The notes below the pieces were generated by a model. That model made no database searches. It had not been told where the DNA came from and saw nothing but the letters and a program-made list of their open reading frames with translations. The translations under genes were made by a program, and so were the position numbers. A stretch of DNA of 64,000 bases from Sedimentisphaerales bacterium (GTDB lineage Bacteria > Planctomycetota > Phycisphaerae > Sedimentisphaerales > SM23-30): assembly GCA_963666285.1 (NCBI GenBank), contig OY762711.1; one strand, written 5' to 3'. Shown piece by piece: positions 30,741 through 41,551 of this stretch. Numbering within the stretch: the stretch's first letter is position 1; each line of letters starts with the position of its first letter.

Positions 30741-31496
30741 ATGACAATAGAAGACTATGTTTTTATAGGTTTGTTGGTACTGTCAGCCTACCTGGTTGGT
30801 GCTATTCCTTTTGGCCTGATTATCAGTAAAATGAAAGGTGTAGATATTCGCCGGCATGGCAGTGGTAACATTGGTGCTACAAATGTTACTCGTGTTCTTG
30901 GCAAACGCTATGGTTATACCTGTTTTGGTTTTGACGTTTTAAAAGGGTTTGTTCCAACCCTAATTGCAGGTATGCAGATAGCAGCTCGCTTAGGCATCAA
31001 GGCTGAGGGTATAGATGGAGAGCATATAACTGGAGTAGAGACTACTGAAGGCCAGATTGCCTGGCTTGCAATTGGCACGGCTACAATTATCGGACATGTT
31101 TTTCCTGTTTATCTGAAGTTTAAAGGCGGCAAGGGGGTGGCAACCTCACTTGGTGTTGTACTTGGCATATGGCCGTATTATACACTGACTGGCCTGGTAG
31201 TATTTCTAATATGGATTGCAATATGGGGTTGGACCAGAACTGTTTCAATTGCGTCTATTATGGCCGCTGCCGCATTTCCGATATTTCTTGCTATTTTGAC
31301 GTCGAAAAATTCAGACTGGCATTTTAAAGATATGTATCCATTGTTTATTTTTAGTATTATATTGGCATTGCTTGTTATTATCCGGCATAAAAGTAATATC
31401 TCCCGATTGCTGGCAGGTACGGAACATAGCGGCAGGTCAAATACTGGGCTGACCGAATCTGAGGATATGTCAAAGGATAAGCCTTCGGCTGAGTAA
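30741..31496 (+). CDS. plsY: Glycerol-3-phosphate acyltransferase PlsY
   Basis: DIRRHGSGNIGATNVTR, GHVFPVYLKFKGGKGVAT, RHKSNISRL. Confidence 0.95.
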   Translation: MTIEDYVFIGLLVLSAYLVGAIPFGLIISKMKGVDIRRHGSGNIGATNVTRVLGKRYGYTCFGFDVLKGFVPTLIAGMQIAARLGIKAEGIDGEHITGVETTEGQIAWLAIGTATIIGHVFPVYLKFKGGKGVATSLGVVLGIWPYYTLTGLVVFLIWIAIWGWTRTVSIASIMAAAAFPIFLAILTSKNSDWHFKDMYPLFIFSIILALLVIIRHKSNISRLLAGTEHSGRSNTGLTESEDMSKDKPSAE

Positions 31497-31584
31497 TGAC
31501 AGTTTTCTGTATCAAAGAGGGGTACAGAAATAACCGATAAGAATTGTAACAATAAAGAGAGACACCATATAGGAAGCATGCAAA

Positions 31585-33363
31585 ATGACGAAGAAACAGA
31601 TCCAATATAATCCTTTGGAAATGAGTGACTGGCAAATCGCACAGGCTGCTGAAGCAGGTATGAAAACCTTCGAACAGCTGGGCAAAGAGATGGGGCTAAA
31701 GCCAAAAGAGTTAATTCCTTATGGACATTATATGGGTAAGGTTGATGCCGCACATGTTATTGACCGTTTGAATGGTGCTCCGCTTGGAAAATATATTGAT
31801 GTTACTGCTATTACTCCCACTCCTTTGGGTGAGGGAAAGACAACAACGGTTCTCGGCCTGGTTCAGGGGCTTGGCGCCTTGGGGCAGAAAGTATGCGGAA
31901 CAATACGCCAACCAAGTGGCGGCCCGACATTTAACATTAAAGGATCAGCAGCCGGCGGCGGATTAAGTCAATGCTTACCAATGACACCGTTTTCGCTTGG
32001 GTTAACAGGGGACATAGATAAGCTTAATAATGCACATAATCTGGCTATGGTGGCTTTAACGGCTCGAATGCAGCATGAGACTAACTATGATGATGAAAAA
32101 CTCGCTCAACGTAAGTTAAAGCGTCTTGATATAGATCCGGAACGTATTCAAATACGCTGGGTAATTGATTTTTGTGCACAGGCATTGCGTAATATTGTTA
32201 TTGGCCGTGGCGGCAAGATGGACGGTCTGGAAATGGAATCCGGTTTTCAGATTTCTGTTGCCAGTGAACTAATGGCTATACTTGCAGTTGCAAGAAACTT
32301 AGAAGATATGCGTAATCGTATTGGCAAGATGGTCGTTGCCTATGATCGAAATGGCAATGAGGTAACTACCAGTCATCTGGAAGTGGCTGGTGCGATGACA
32401 GCCTGGCTGATAGAAGCTATCAAGCCGAACCTGGTTCAGACCTTGGAAGGTCAGCCTATATTTGTTCATGCCGGTCCCTTTGCCAATATAGCCATTGGTC
32501 AGAGTTCTGTTATTGCAGATCAGCTTGGTCTGCGTTTGTGTGATTACCTTGTAACCGAAAGTGGTTTTGGCGCTGATATTGGTTTTGAAAAATTCTGGAA
32601 TCTAAAATGTAGATTTTCTCATTTGCAGCCAGATGCTGTAGTGATAGTTGCTACTATTAGAGCTTTGAAAATGCATGGAGGTGGCCCATCTGTTAAGCCA
32701 GGTAAAAAACTTGACCATGCTTATGTAGAAGAAAATCTGCCTTTGCTGGAAAAAGGTTGTGAAAACCTGGTTCAGCATATTAAGACAGTATTAAAGAGTG
32801 GTGTGACTCCGGTTGTTTGTATTAATAGTTTCCATACAGATACTAAAGCAGAGCACAAGCTGGTAAAAAGGATTTCTGAGGCAAATGGTGCAATGTTTGC
32901 TGTCAGCCAGCACTGGCTTAAGGGCGGTGAAGGTGCAGTTGAACTTGCTGAAGCGGTGATGGCAGCTTGTGAGAAAAAGAGTGAATTTAAATATCTTTAT
33001 GACTTGGATATGCCTCATACCAAGCGTGTCGAATTAATTGCAAAAGAAATTTATGGTGCTGCCGGTGTCGAATTTAGCGAAAAAGCATTAAAGAAACTTA
33101 ACAGCTACGATAAAGATCCGGAAACTGCAAAGCTTGGTACTTGCATGGTCAAAACACATCTAAGTTTAAGCCATGACCCCAATTTTAAAGGTTTGCCATT
33201 GGGGTGGACACTGCCAGTCGAGGATGCAATGATTTTCCGTGGAGCGGGCCTGGTGGTTCCAATTGCCGGAGACATTAAGCTTATGCCTGGAACTGGTTCA
33301 GATCCCGCATTTAGGCGGATAGATGTCGATACTGAAACCGGCAAAGTCCAAGGTATGTTCTAA
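31585..33363 (+). CDS. fhs: Formate-tetrahydrofolate ligase
   Basis: [50 protein letters not shown]. Confidence 0.95.
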   Translation: MTKKQIQYNPLEMSDWQIAQAAEAGMKTFEQLGKEMGLKPKELIPYGHYMGKVDAAHVIDRLNGAPLGKYIDVTAITPTPLGEGKTTTVLGLVQGLGALGQKVCGTIRQPSGGPTFNIKGSAAGGGLSQCLPMTPFSLGLTGDIDKLNNAHNLAMVALTARMQHETNYDDEKLAQRKLKRLDIDPERIQIRWVIDFCAQALRNIVIGRGGKMDGLEMESGFQISVASELMAILAVARNLEDMRNRIGKMVVAYDRNGNEVTTSHLEVAGAMTAWLIEAIKPNLVQTLEGQPIFVHAGPFANIAIGQSSVIADQLGLRLCDYLVTESGFGADIGFEKFWNLKCRFSHLQPDAVVIVATIRALKMHGGGPSVKPGKKLDHAYVEENLPLLEKGCENLVQHIKTVLKSGVTPVVCINSFHTDTKAEHKLVKRISEANGAMFAVSQHWLKGGEGAVELAEAVMAACEKKSEFKYLYDLDMPHTKRVELIAKEIYGAAGVEFSEKALKKLNSYDKDPETAKLGTCMVKTHLSLSHDPNFKGLPLGWTLPVEDAMIFRGAGLVVPIAGDIKLMPGTGSDPAFRRIDVDTETGKVQGMF

Positions 33364-33805
33364 TTACTATTTTGTTGGTATTAGGTTTTAATTTTAAAAT
33401 CGCCATCTTTAGCTTTCTAATTTCACAATGGTCCCATAACTAGGCATTGCAGGCATATGGTTCGGATTCTGCTATAGCTTTCGTTCATTAAACGATATTT
33501 TTTAATTCTTAGTTACAATTATTTGTGTATTTATAGAAGTTTCATTCACGAATAAAATAATAGTATAGATTAAGTTTAAAATATAAAAGTTATTTGCTTA
33601 AATTATAGCCCTATAATATCGCCAATTAGGGCATTGTTTTAGCTTTTAGATTAAAGTTAGTTAAATCCTGTTACACGTGAGACATTTTTGTAAGATATAA
33701 AATACGAGAAAGCTTAAAGATTTTTGAATTAAAATGTCGAAAAAATAAGTGCTAATCGTGCATTTGTTTATCAAAGTTGTTTAGTTTTATGAAAGGAACT
33801 GAAAT

Positions 33806-35041
33806 ATGTTAAAAAGAATTTTGGTTGTTGTAATTGCTGCAGCTTTTGCGACAAGTGTTTTAGCTCAGGAAGCTTCTGATAAAACACGAATTGCAGAATT
33901 GGAAAAAGCAGTTAAAGAGTTGCAGGACTGCCAGGGAGAAGGCAAATCAATGTTCGGATGCAATCTGGTTATTTATGGTTATGCCCGTATGGATGCAGTT
34001 TATACGGATAGTGTTACGACAAGTGCGGGAGGAGGAGCTATTAATTTTTGGAGTAATTCTGAATCGTCTTCAAATGACAATGATGATACCTTTAGAATGA
34101 CTGCTCGTTGCTCTCGTATCGGATTGTTGCTGAAAGGTGACGAAAATGCAGACCTTAGATCATCAGCTAAGATCGAATTTGATTTTGCAAACGGAGGTAC
34201 AGAAACCAATAATACTCCTCGTATCCGTCATGCATACTTACAACTAGATATTCCGGATGCAGATATGAGTATTCTTGCCGGTCAGACCTGGGATGTAATT
34301 GCCCCTGTACTTCCACCTACAGTTGATAATAGTGTATTGTGGTTTCAGGGTGATACTGGTATGAGACGTACTCAGTTGCGTTTGACTAAAAATATGAATG
34401 TCGATGAAAATTCATCTATTAAGCTTGAAGGTGCTATTGCTCGTCAGATAGGAAGCTCAGCAACAAATGCCAGCGGTTTAGATACGGGTGATGATTCAGG
34501 CGCGCCGTCAGTTCAGGGACGTGTAAGTTTTACCACTCCGGTATTTAATGGTTTGAAGTCAACATTTGGTTTTTCAGGTCTTGTTGGTAGAGAAGAAAAT
34601 GATATTGCAGGAGCTGATGCTGAAAAATATGATTCAAATCTGTTAGCTTTTGATATGACACTGCCAATTTCAGATTCTACAAAGTTTATGGGCGAGTTTT
34701 ATGCGGGCGAAAATACCGGAAGAGTTGGTGGAGCGATCGGTCAGACTGTCGATTCTTCAACAGGCAATGAAGTTCGTTCAAAAGGTGGTTGGGTTGCTGT
34801 TACTCAAAAATTAACTGACAAGGTATCTATATCAGGTGGCTATGCTCATGACAGTGTTAATGACAATGATATTGACCTTGGAGATAAACAGAGTAATCAG
34901 ACAGCATTTGCTAATATAATAGTGTATCCTCTAAAAAATGTTAAAACCGGTTTTGAAATAGCTCACAATAAAACAGAGTATCAGAGTTCTGATAATGGTG
35001 ATAGCATAAGAGGAACATTCTTTATGCAGTATAATTTCTAA
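33806..35041 (+). CDS. Outer-membrane porin, DcaP-like
   Basis: Signal peptide, short coiled coil, YGYARMD, PRIRHAY, LAGQTW, C-terminal QYNF. Confidence 0.8.
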   Translation: MLKRILVVVIAAAFATSVLAQEASDKTRIAELEKAVKELQDCQGEGKSMFGCNLVIYGYARMDAVYTDSVTTSAGGGAINFWSNSESSSNDNDDTFRMTARCSRIGLLLKGDENADLRSSAKIEFDFANGGTETNNTPRIRHAYLQLDIPDADMSILAGQTWDVIAPVLPPTVDNSVLWFQGDTGMRRTQLRLTKNMNVDENSSIKLEGAIARQIGSSATNASGLDTGDDSGAPSVQGRVSFTTPVFNGLKSTFGFSGLVGREENDIAGADAEKYDSNLLAFDMTLPISDSTKFMGEFYAGENTGRVGGAIGQTVDSSTGNEVRSKGGWVAVTQKLTDKVSISGGYAHDSVNDNDIDLGDKQSNQTAFANIIVYPLKNVKTGFEIAHNKTEYQSSDNGDSIRGTFFMQYNF

Positions 35042-35117
35042 TTATTAGAAAATGATTTTGCTTAGTATTTGCTAAACAACGTAAATATAAATAAGTGAAG
35101 CTGGTTTAAAAAGACAA

Positions 35118-35150
35118 AGGCTGTGTAGAACTATCTACACAGCCTGATTT
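35118..35150. terminator. Hairpin between convergent porin and cheX genes
   Basis: AGGCTGTGTAGA-ACTA-TCTACACAGCCT. Confidence 0.75.
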
Positions 35151-35186
35151 TATTGTTATGGGTCTACCTTGTGAAATTTGAGATCG

Positions 35187-35660
35187 TTAAACTCCTGCTG
35201 CAACTGGAATTTTTTCCAGGCAGACATCAACAATCATTCTTCCAGCGTTGGTTTCACATGGAATAGATATAATAGGTTTTTTGGAAGGGTAAACCGTCTG
35301 GTGCTTGCCAATTACTACACTTGGAACAGAAATGCTGACATTTCCTTCCGGGAAATCTTTTTTTGCGTTACCTGAAATCATATTGGCAACCTCACCAATA
35401 GCATCAGTACAGTCTGCATCCAGCTCTGTGATTTCTTCATATAACAAAGCGGAAGCAAGTTGTAATGCTACTTCTTTTGACAGGTTGATCACAACGCATC
35501 CGGTAACATCACCAGACAAGCCAATTATTCCACTAACATCATATAGCGGAGTATTGTCTTCTTTTAATCTTGGTTTTCCGACATTGAATGGTACATTAAT
35601 CATTGTGTCAAAAACGTTCTTGATTGAACCTAAAAATGGATTTATATATCTGACGTCCAT
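35187..35660 (-). CDS. cheX: Chemotaxis phosphatase CheX
   Basis: YINPF, DVSGIIGLSG, DAIGEVANMISGNAK, ISVPSVVIG. Confidence 0.93.
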   Translation of the reverse strand: MDVRYINPFLGSIKNVFDTMINVPFNVGKPRLKEDNTPLYDVSGIIGLSGDVTGCVVINLSKEVALQLASALLYEEITELDADCTDAIGEVANMISGNAKKDFPEGNVSISVPSVVIGKHQTVYPSKKPIISIPCETNAGRMIVDVCLEKIPVAAGV

Positions 35661-35706
35661 GGTAAACCCCTATTGATTTTATATATTATTTACTTTTTCG
35701 CATTAA

Positions 35707-36090
35707 TTAACAAGAAGCGCCAAGTACTTCTTCCAGGACATTCCTGATTGATTCAGGAGTGAAAGGTTTGTGTATATAACCTTTTATTCCTTTTTCCTTG
35801 AGTAGCTGTATTCTGGCTGTGCTGGCTTCTGTTGAGACAACAATTATAGGTGTTTCAGCTGTCTTTGGATTTTCAAATACTTTTTCAACCATTTCGATAC
35901 CATTCATCTGAGGCATATTCAAATCTGCAAGTATCAGGTCGACTTCATTGTCATTCAATTTTTGTAGAGCTTCATTACCATTAGAAGCCTCATAAACAGT
36001 AGATACATCTACTCCTGTCATCTGGATAGTTTTCTTAAGTACTGCTCGGGTAACCGATGAATCATCAACGATTAATATCTTGTACCCCAT
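35707..36090 (-). CDS. cheY: CheY-like response regulator
   Basis: ILIVDDS, DLNMPQMNG, KPFT. Confidence 0.88.
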   Translation of the reverse strand: MGYKILIVDDSSVTRAVLKKTIQMTGVDVSTVYEASNGNEALQKLNDNEVDLILADLNMPQMNGIEMVEKVFENPKTAETPIIVVSTEASTARIQLLKEKGIKGYIHKPFTPESIRNVLEEVLGASC

Positions 36091-36112
36091 TATGTCACCT
36101 CAAAACAAAAAA

Positions 36113-36964
36113 TTATGGTTTAGCATAAGTAGCCGGTTGTAAATATCTGTATTTGTGATTTATTCCAGTCAAAGATTCTGAATGTCCTATACAAAGGAGA
36201 CCTTCGGATCTAAGACAGTCAAAGTATCTTCCAACAAGCTTCTCTTGAGTTTGTTTATCGAAATATATCATTACGTTTCGGCAAAAAATCACATCAAATG
36301 GGCCTTTGAACGGCCATTTTTCCATTAAATTCAAATATCTAAATGAAATCATTTTTTTGAGTTCATCTTTTACACGATACGATGTTTGTCCATTTTCGTT
36401 TATTTTTGTAAAATAAGCACTTTGCTGCTGTGTTGTCAGCTGTTTAACACGATCAACTTCATATATACCAGAGTTTGCTTTATTAATTACTCTGGTGGAT
36501 ACATCGCTGGCCAGTATTTTTATATCCCAGCCTGGCTTATCTTTAAAAGCTTCAGTTAATGTCATTGCCATAGTATATGGTTCTTCGCCTGTAGAACAAC
36601 CGGCAGACCATATCCTGAATCTTTTAGGGCCGCCATGCTTGGCTTGCCTGGCAACCATGTTTGGTATAAATTTTTCTTTGAGCAGGTCGAAATGTACTTT
36701 TTCTCTGAAGAAACTTGTCAAATTTGTACTTATGGAATCAACCAGGTCATAGAATTCTTTTTGGTCCTTTGTTGATAGAGCGTAATCGAGATATTCTTTG
36801 ACATCTCTTATTTTTGTTGCTCGCATACGTTTTGCCAGTCTGGCGCGAACAAGTGTTTTTTTTCCTTCATGCAGATTAATTCCGCAATGCTGGTATATAA
36901 TATCACTGACTCGTTTAAAATCAGAGTCAGAAATGTCTACGCAATCTAGTAATGCACCGGTCAT
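36113..36964 (-). CDS. cheR: Chemotaxis methyltransferase CheR
   Basis: TNLTSFFRE, IWSAGCSTGEEPY, FDVIFCRNVMIYF, GHSESL; ATG 36964 with GGGG RBS. Confidence 0.95.
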   Translation of the reverse strand: MTGALLDCVDISDSDFKRVSDIIYQHCGINLHEGKKTLVRARLAKRMRATKIRDVKEYLDYALSTKDQKEFYDLVDSISTNLTSFFREKVHFDLLKEKFIPNMVARQAKHGGPKRFRIWSAGCSTGEEPYTMAMTLTEAFKDKPGWDIKILASDVSTRVINKANSGIYEVDRVKQLTTQQQSAYFTKINENGQTSYRVKDELKKMISFRYLNLMEKWPFKGPFDVIFCRNVMIYFDKQTQEKLVGRYFDCLRSEGLLCIGHSESLTGINHKYRYLQPATYAKP

Positions 36965-36977
36965 ATATATTCCCCTA

Positions 36978-39900
36978 TTATTGTTCGTTTGCAAGAGTAA
37001 GTAAGCCCGGCACGTCCAGGATCAGGCTTACATTTCCGTCGCCCATAATAGCTCCGCCTGAAATTCCTTTTATACTTCCGAGGTATTGCCCCAGACTTTT
37101 AATTACAACCTGCTGTTGGCCGAGGAGGTCGTCTACCTGTATGCAACATTTCTGGACACCATCAGTTACGATAACAACGAGCGATTCACATGGATTAGTG
37201 AATTTTGGTTTCAAATTATATAGTTTATATAATCTTACTAATGGGATAAGTTCACCCCTTACCATCATCATTTCACCTTTTCCACCTTGTACTGTTGAAA
37301 TCTGTTTTGGTACAGGTCTAAGGTTTTGTTCAATTGAAGCTGTTGGTATTATGTAGTTTTCATCACCTACAGTTACTTCCTGTCCTTCAATTACTGCTAG
37401 AGTTAACGGAAGTTGAATACGGAAAATTGTTCCTTTGCCGAGAGTGGAATCAATATCGATTCGACCGCGAAGAGACTCGATATTTTTTCTTACAACATCC
37501 ATTCCAACTCCTCGACCAGAAATATCTGTTATTTTCTCTGCGGTTGAAAATCCGGCATGGAATATAAGTCTGTATACTTCCTGATCGCTCATTTCAGCAT
37601 CTTCTTTTACGATGCCGTTTTCTACCGCCTTTTTAAGGAGTTTTTCACGGTTCAAACCTTTACCATCATCAGATATTTCGATAACGATATTTCCACCTTT
37701 GTGGTATGCTTTTAATTCAATTTTACCGGATGGACTTTTACCGGCAGCCTCTCTTTCCGCTGGAGACTCAACTCCATGATCAACAGAGTTCCTGACCATG
37801 TGGACCAATGGATCTGCGATTTCCTCTACAACGTTTCTATCTAATTCAGTTTCTGCTCCGGCCATTTCAAATTCTATTTGTTTGCCGGATTTGCGAGACA
37901 GATCTCTGACCAGCCGAGCCATTTTCTGAAATACTCCCTGTACAGGTACCATACGGGTAGACATACTCAGTTCCTGCAGATCTCTTGTGATCTTTTCCAG
38001 ATGACGGGTATTTCTTTCCAATCGCTGATTTGTTTTTCGATGCTCACCGAGATCTCTGCTTACCATTGCCTGGGCAATTACCAGTTCTCCAACCATGTTG
38101 ATTAAGGCATCAAGCCTTTCGGTGGTTACTTTTACGGTACTTTCTGTTGTTGCTTTTTTAGCAGTGGTTTTAGCTTTCTGTGCTGATTGGGCAGTATCTA
38201 TTTGCGTTGACATTGCAAGTTCGATCTTTTCCCTGGAAATAATCCCTTTTTCCAAAAGTATCTCGCCAATTTTTTTCCCTTTGCCTTCTGGTGTGTGCTG
38301 ATATTTCACAGCTTCATCAATTTCGGCTGGTTTAACGAAACCTCCATCGATAAGTATTTCGCCTAATTTTCTTGGTTCTATTTTTCCCTGAGCTTCCAAC
38401 TGCAATTTTCTGTTTTTTTGCTCCTGGATTGCTTTTTCAACTTTTACGCCGGTTGTCTTCTTATTTTCAACCAGGATCTCGCCGATTTTCTTTTTCTCAT
38501 CATTTGGCTCGTCTCTCTGTTCTTTTAGTGCTGCGTTTAGATCATTTCTTTTTATTTCACCTTTTTCTCTTAGAATTTCTCCAACTTTTGGAACAAATTC
38601 CTTGCCTTCTATGCACATTTGTATCCTGTTAATCAGGGCGGTCAAACCTTCAACAGGATGAACTGCTTCATTAGCTGCCACTGCATCGCTTAGATCAGAG
38701 AGCATTCTTTTCATTATGTCAATAGCTTCAAAGATGACATCTACTTTTGCATTTTCTAAAATGGTTTCACCTTTGCGACCCATGTCCAGTAATGTTTCCG
38801 AAACGTGTGCAAGAGATCCTATATGTTTCAGGTCGAGAAAACCGGCAACTCCTTTTATTGTGTGGAAAGCTCGGAATATTGAATTGATTGCTTCCTGGTC
38901 TTCAGGATTGTCTTCAACAGCGAGCATGTCATTTTCAGCGTTTTCCAGATGTTCTCTGGATTCATTGACAAAGTCTATTACAAGTGGAATATCTGTTTCT
39001 GCGATAATAAGAGATTCAAACTGTTCCTGGTGTTCTTGTGCTGGTTTTGGCTCTGGTTCGGTCTGTGCTTCTATTTTTGTTTCGCTTTGGTTTTCGGGTT
39101 CAGGCTCTGGTTCTTGAATCGGCTCTTGAGTGGCCTGGGTTTCTTCTGCCTGTTCTGCTGAATTAAGCAGCTCTGAATCAAGATCAATATCTTCAAATGC
39201 ATTTTCTATTTCTGCTTGAACTTGAGAATCTGTTCTTTCATCATATATTGTTTCTTCGCTTTCTCCTCTAAGAGCTGCGGCAATTTTTCTAAGCTGGTCG
39301 CAGGTCTCTAGCAGTTTCTGGCCGGGAAACTCATTAGAAGGATCTTCCAGTAAACTTTCAGCATCATGGCATATATTAGCCATTTGCTGCAACGTCATTA
39401 ATGACGATTCGCCTTTTAGATTATGAAGTATCCCTTTGATACTGTTTCTGTTATCATCTGAAGTGTCCTGTTCGCCTTCCAGGATTGCTGTTTCAAGGTT
39501 GTCGAGTGTATGTGGTAATGAAGATACGAATTCGGCAAAAATATCTTCATCTACATTTTCTGGTAATTCAATTGTAATAGGTGTGACTGATTCTGATTCG
39601 ATTGTGCCGGATGATTCAGTTCCTGTTTTAACAGACTTTGCTGAAGGAGCAGCAGATTCTAAACTTGAATTGTTTATGCTTTCTCCTTTTTCAACTCTGT
39701 TGATCATTTCCTGTAAGCTTTTGACTGTCATACTAACAGATTCGATAGCCTTACGAGGATCTTCAACATCCTGCAAAACAATGTCTTGAACCAGGTCAGC
39801 AGCCTTTTGGGAAGTATCTGATATTATCTGCTGTTCGCTATCGATAAGTTCCAATTCTTCGACAGCTTTGATCATATCTTCAAAACTGGTGTGTAGTTCA

Positions 39901-39980
39901 GCCAGAATCGCCAGATCATCAGGCTCAACTGTTAGCAGTTTTACTGACGAATCTTCAAGTAACTTTATTAATTTTTCCAT
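36978..39980 (-). CDS. cheA: Chemotaxis kinase CheA with two Hpt domains and MshEN-like repeats
   Basis: LHNLKG and FHTIKG Hpt motifs, LINMVGEL, HMVRNSVDHG, DDGKG, SGRGVGMDVV, C-terminal CheW domain. Confidence 0.95.
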   Translation of the reverse strand: MEKLIKLLEDSSVKLLTVEPDDLAILAELHTSFEDMIKAVEELELIDSEQQIISDTSQKAADLVQDIVLQDVEDPRKAIESVSMTVKSLQEMINRVEKGESINNSSLESAAPSAKSVKTGTESSGTIESESVTPITIELPENVDEDIFAEFVSSLPHTLDNLETAILEGEQDTSDDNRNSIKGILHNLKGESSLMTLQQMANICHDAESLLEDPSNEFPGQKLLETCDQLRKIAAALRGESEETIYDERTDSQVQAEIENAFEDIDLDSELLNSAEQAEETQATQEPIQEPEPEPENQSETKIEAQTEPEPKPAQEHQEQFESLIIAETDIPLVIDFVNESREHLENAENDMLAVEDNPEDQEAINSIFRAFHTIKGVAGFLDLKHIGSLAHVSETLLDMGRKGETILENAKVDVIFEAIDIMKRMLSDLSDAVAANEAVHPVEGLTALINRIQMCIEGKEFVPKVGEILREKGEIKRNDLNAALKEQRDEPNDEKKKIGEILVENKKTTGVKVEKAIQEQKNRKLQLEAQGKIEPRKLGEILIDGGFVKPAEIDEAVKYQHTPEGKGKKIGEILLEKGIISREKIELAMSTQIDTAQSAQKAKTTAKKATTESTVKVTTERLDALINMVGELVIAQAMVSRDLGEHRKTNQRLERNTRHLEKITRDLQELSMSTRMVPVQGVFQKMARLVRDLSRKSGKQIEFEMAGAETELDRNVVEEIADPLVHMVRNSVDHGVESPAEREAAGKSPSGKIELKAYHKGGNIVIEISDDGKGLNREKLLKKAVENGIVKEDAEMSDQEVYRLIFHAGFSTAEKITDISGRGVGMDVVRKNIESLRGRIDIDSTLGKGTIFRIQLPLTLAVIEGQEVTVGDENYIIPTASIEQNLRPVPKQISTVQGGKGEMMMVRGELIPLVRLYKLYNLKPKFTNPCESLVVIVTDGVQKCCIQVDDLLGQQQVVIKSLGQYLGSIKGISGGAIMGDGNVSLILDVPGLLTLANEQ

Positions 39981-40611
39981 TTCTATTTCTCTTTCACATC
40001 TGTGAACTTATGAAAATATTGTAGCCTACGTCAAATTACTTTTACTTTACTTACCTTATACAAAAATGGTCACCTGCTTCATCGGAACTATATATACCCT
40101 TCTTTAGAACAATTATAATATGAATGAAACAGGAATTTATTCTTCCTGTCTGGTGCTACCAGTTGTAGGTTCTATAATAAAATATCAGAAATATTTAATG
40201 AAGCATTACTTATTTTGTCAATAGATTTCATTCTATTAATAGTTGCATAATCTGTTTATTATCAATGGTTTAAGTTTCGTTTCTGATGAGTGTGGGAAAT
40301 TGTTAAAGTTAAAACGGTGCTTCGTTTAGCGATTTGTTTATATGTGTACTTATTTATGCTGAACTTTAATTTATAAGTATTTCAGCTTTGTTATAGGTCG
40401 TTATTGTCTGGTTATTGTGTAATTGGTTATATTGATACAATTGAATAAAAATTATTGAAATCAATTATCATTTTTATTAAATCTGGGCTTACCTGCTTGA
40501 CATATATGATATCTCTTATAATATAGAGTTGCTTGAATTGGAGATTTGAAAATAGACTTATAGGGGAGAAGTTAACCGCTGCCGCCGGGCAGCCTTATTT
40601 GGGCAGATTAG

Positions 40612-41511
40612 ATGGTAGGAAAAAGTAATATTGAAAACAATATAATAGGGCTGTTTGTTAAATTAGGTATTGCAATTTGTGTGTTTATTTTCGCTTGTAT
40701 AGCCGGTTGTCAGGAGGATCCTCTTATTGAGCAGCTGCGCAGAGAAAATCCTTTTAGAAAGCCGGAGGTAGAAAAACAACCAACCCAGAAATGGCTTGAA
40801 GTCTCTTGTGATACTTTAACGTTTGAGTTGCCCGATACTTATGACATTAACCAGCTTAGGATATTTCAAAATTATCGAATTACTGGAAGAGATGAGAAAC
40901 ACATAAATCTTGCCATTATGGAGGGTTTCAAATCAAAAACGTTATGGCACGCAAACGGATTTATTGTGTCTGTAGCTCCTAGAGTGTTATGGAATAAGAC
41001 TTTAGAGAAATTTGATGTTTTTTTTACTGATCAGGTCCCTCAGTCAAAATTGCGAATATTCAAGACTAGCGGGCAGTATGCTGATCTGTATCTTCGGTCG
41101 ATTATAGACACTGAATCTATTTTTATTTTTGATCCCGGCATGATTCCGCATGGGTATGATTTATCTGATGGTGAAAGTTTATTTCGGATCCAATGTCAGC
41201 CGCCAGTATTTTCATCTTCTGAACCTTCAAGTGTTTATGTATCTCTTGCAATGATGTTCAAAGAACAGTTACCTTACACTTCAAATTCTGTGGCTGGTTT
41301 ATATCAGAGGTCTCAGCCTGAGCAGATAATTAGTTTTGATTATCTGGCTCTTTCCGGTATGCTGTTAAATGATAATGTGATTGTAATTACTTGTGATGAT
41401 GAAAGCATTAAAAGCTCTAACGCGGCAGGGCGGCTTTTATATAACCAGGCAACAAACACCAGAATTATTGCTGTTTTAGCTCCAAATGCGAAAATGATAG
41501 AAAGTAACTAA
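40612..41511 (+). CDS. Hypothetical exported protein, possible lipoprotein
   Basis: Hydrophobic N-region ending IAGC. Confidence 0.65.
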   Translation: MVGKSNIENNIIGLFVKLGIAICVFIFACIAGCQEDPLIEQLRRENPFRKPEVEKQPTQKWLEVSCDTLTFELPDTYDINQLRIFQNYRITGRDEKHINLAIMEGFKSKTLWHANGFIVSVAPRVLWNKTLEKFDVFFTDQVPQSKLRIFKTSGQYADLYLRSIIDTESIFIFDPGMIPHGYDLSDGESLFRIQCQPPVFSSSEPSSVYVSLAMMFKEQLPYTSNSVAGLYQRSQPEQIISFDYLALSGMLLNDNVIVITCDDESIKSSNAAGRLLYNQATNTRIIAVLAPNAKMIESN

Positions 41512-41551
41512 TTACAATACTTGTTAAGTATTTAAAGATTTATAAAATAAA

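Noticed and set aside
40555..40610. ZTP or c-di-GMP riboswitch-like words (GGGGAG, GCCGGGCAG)
   Set aside because: The required P1 and pseudoknot elements were not found
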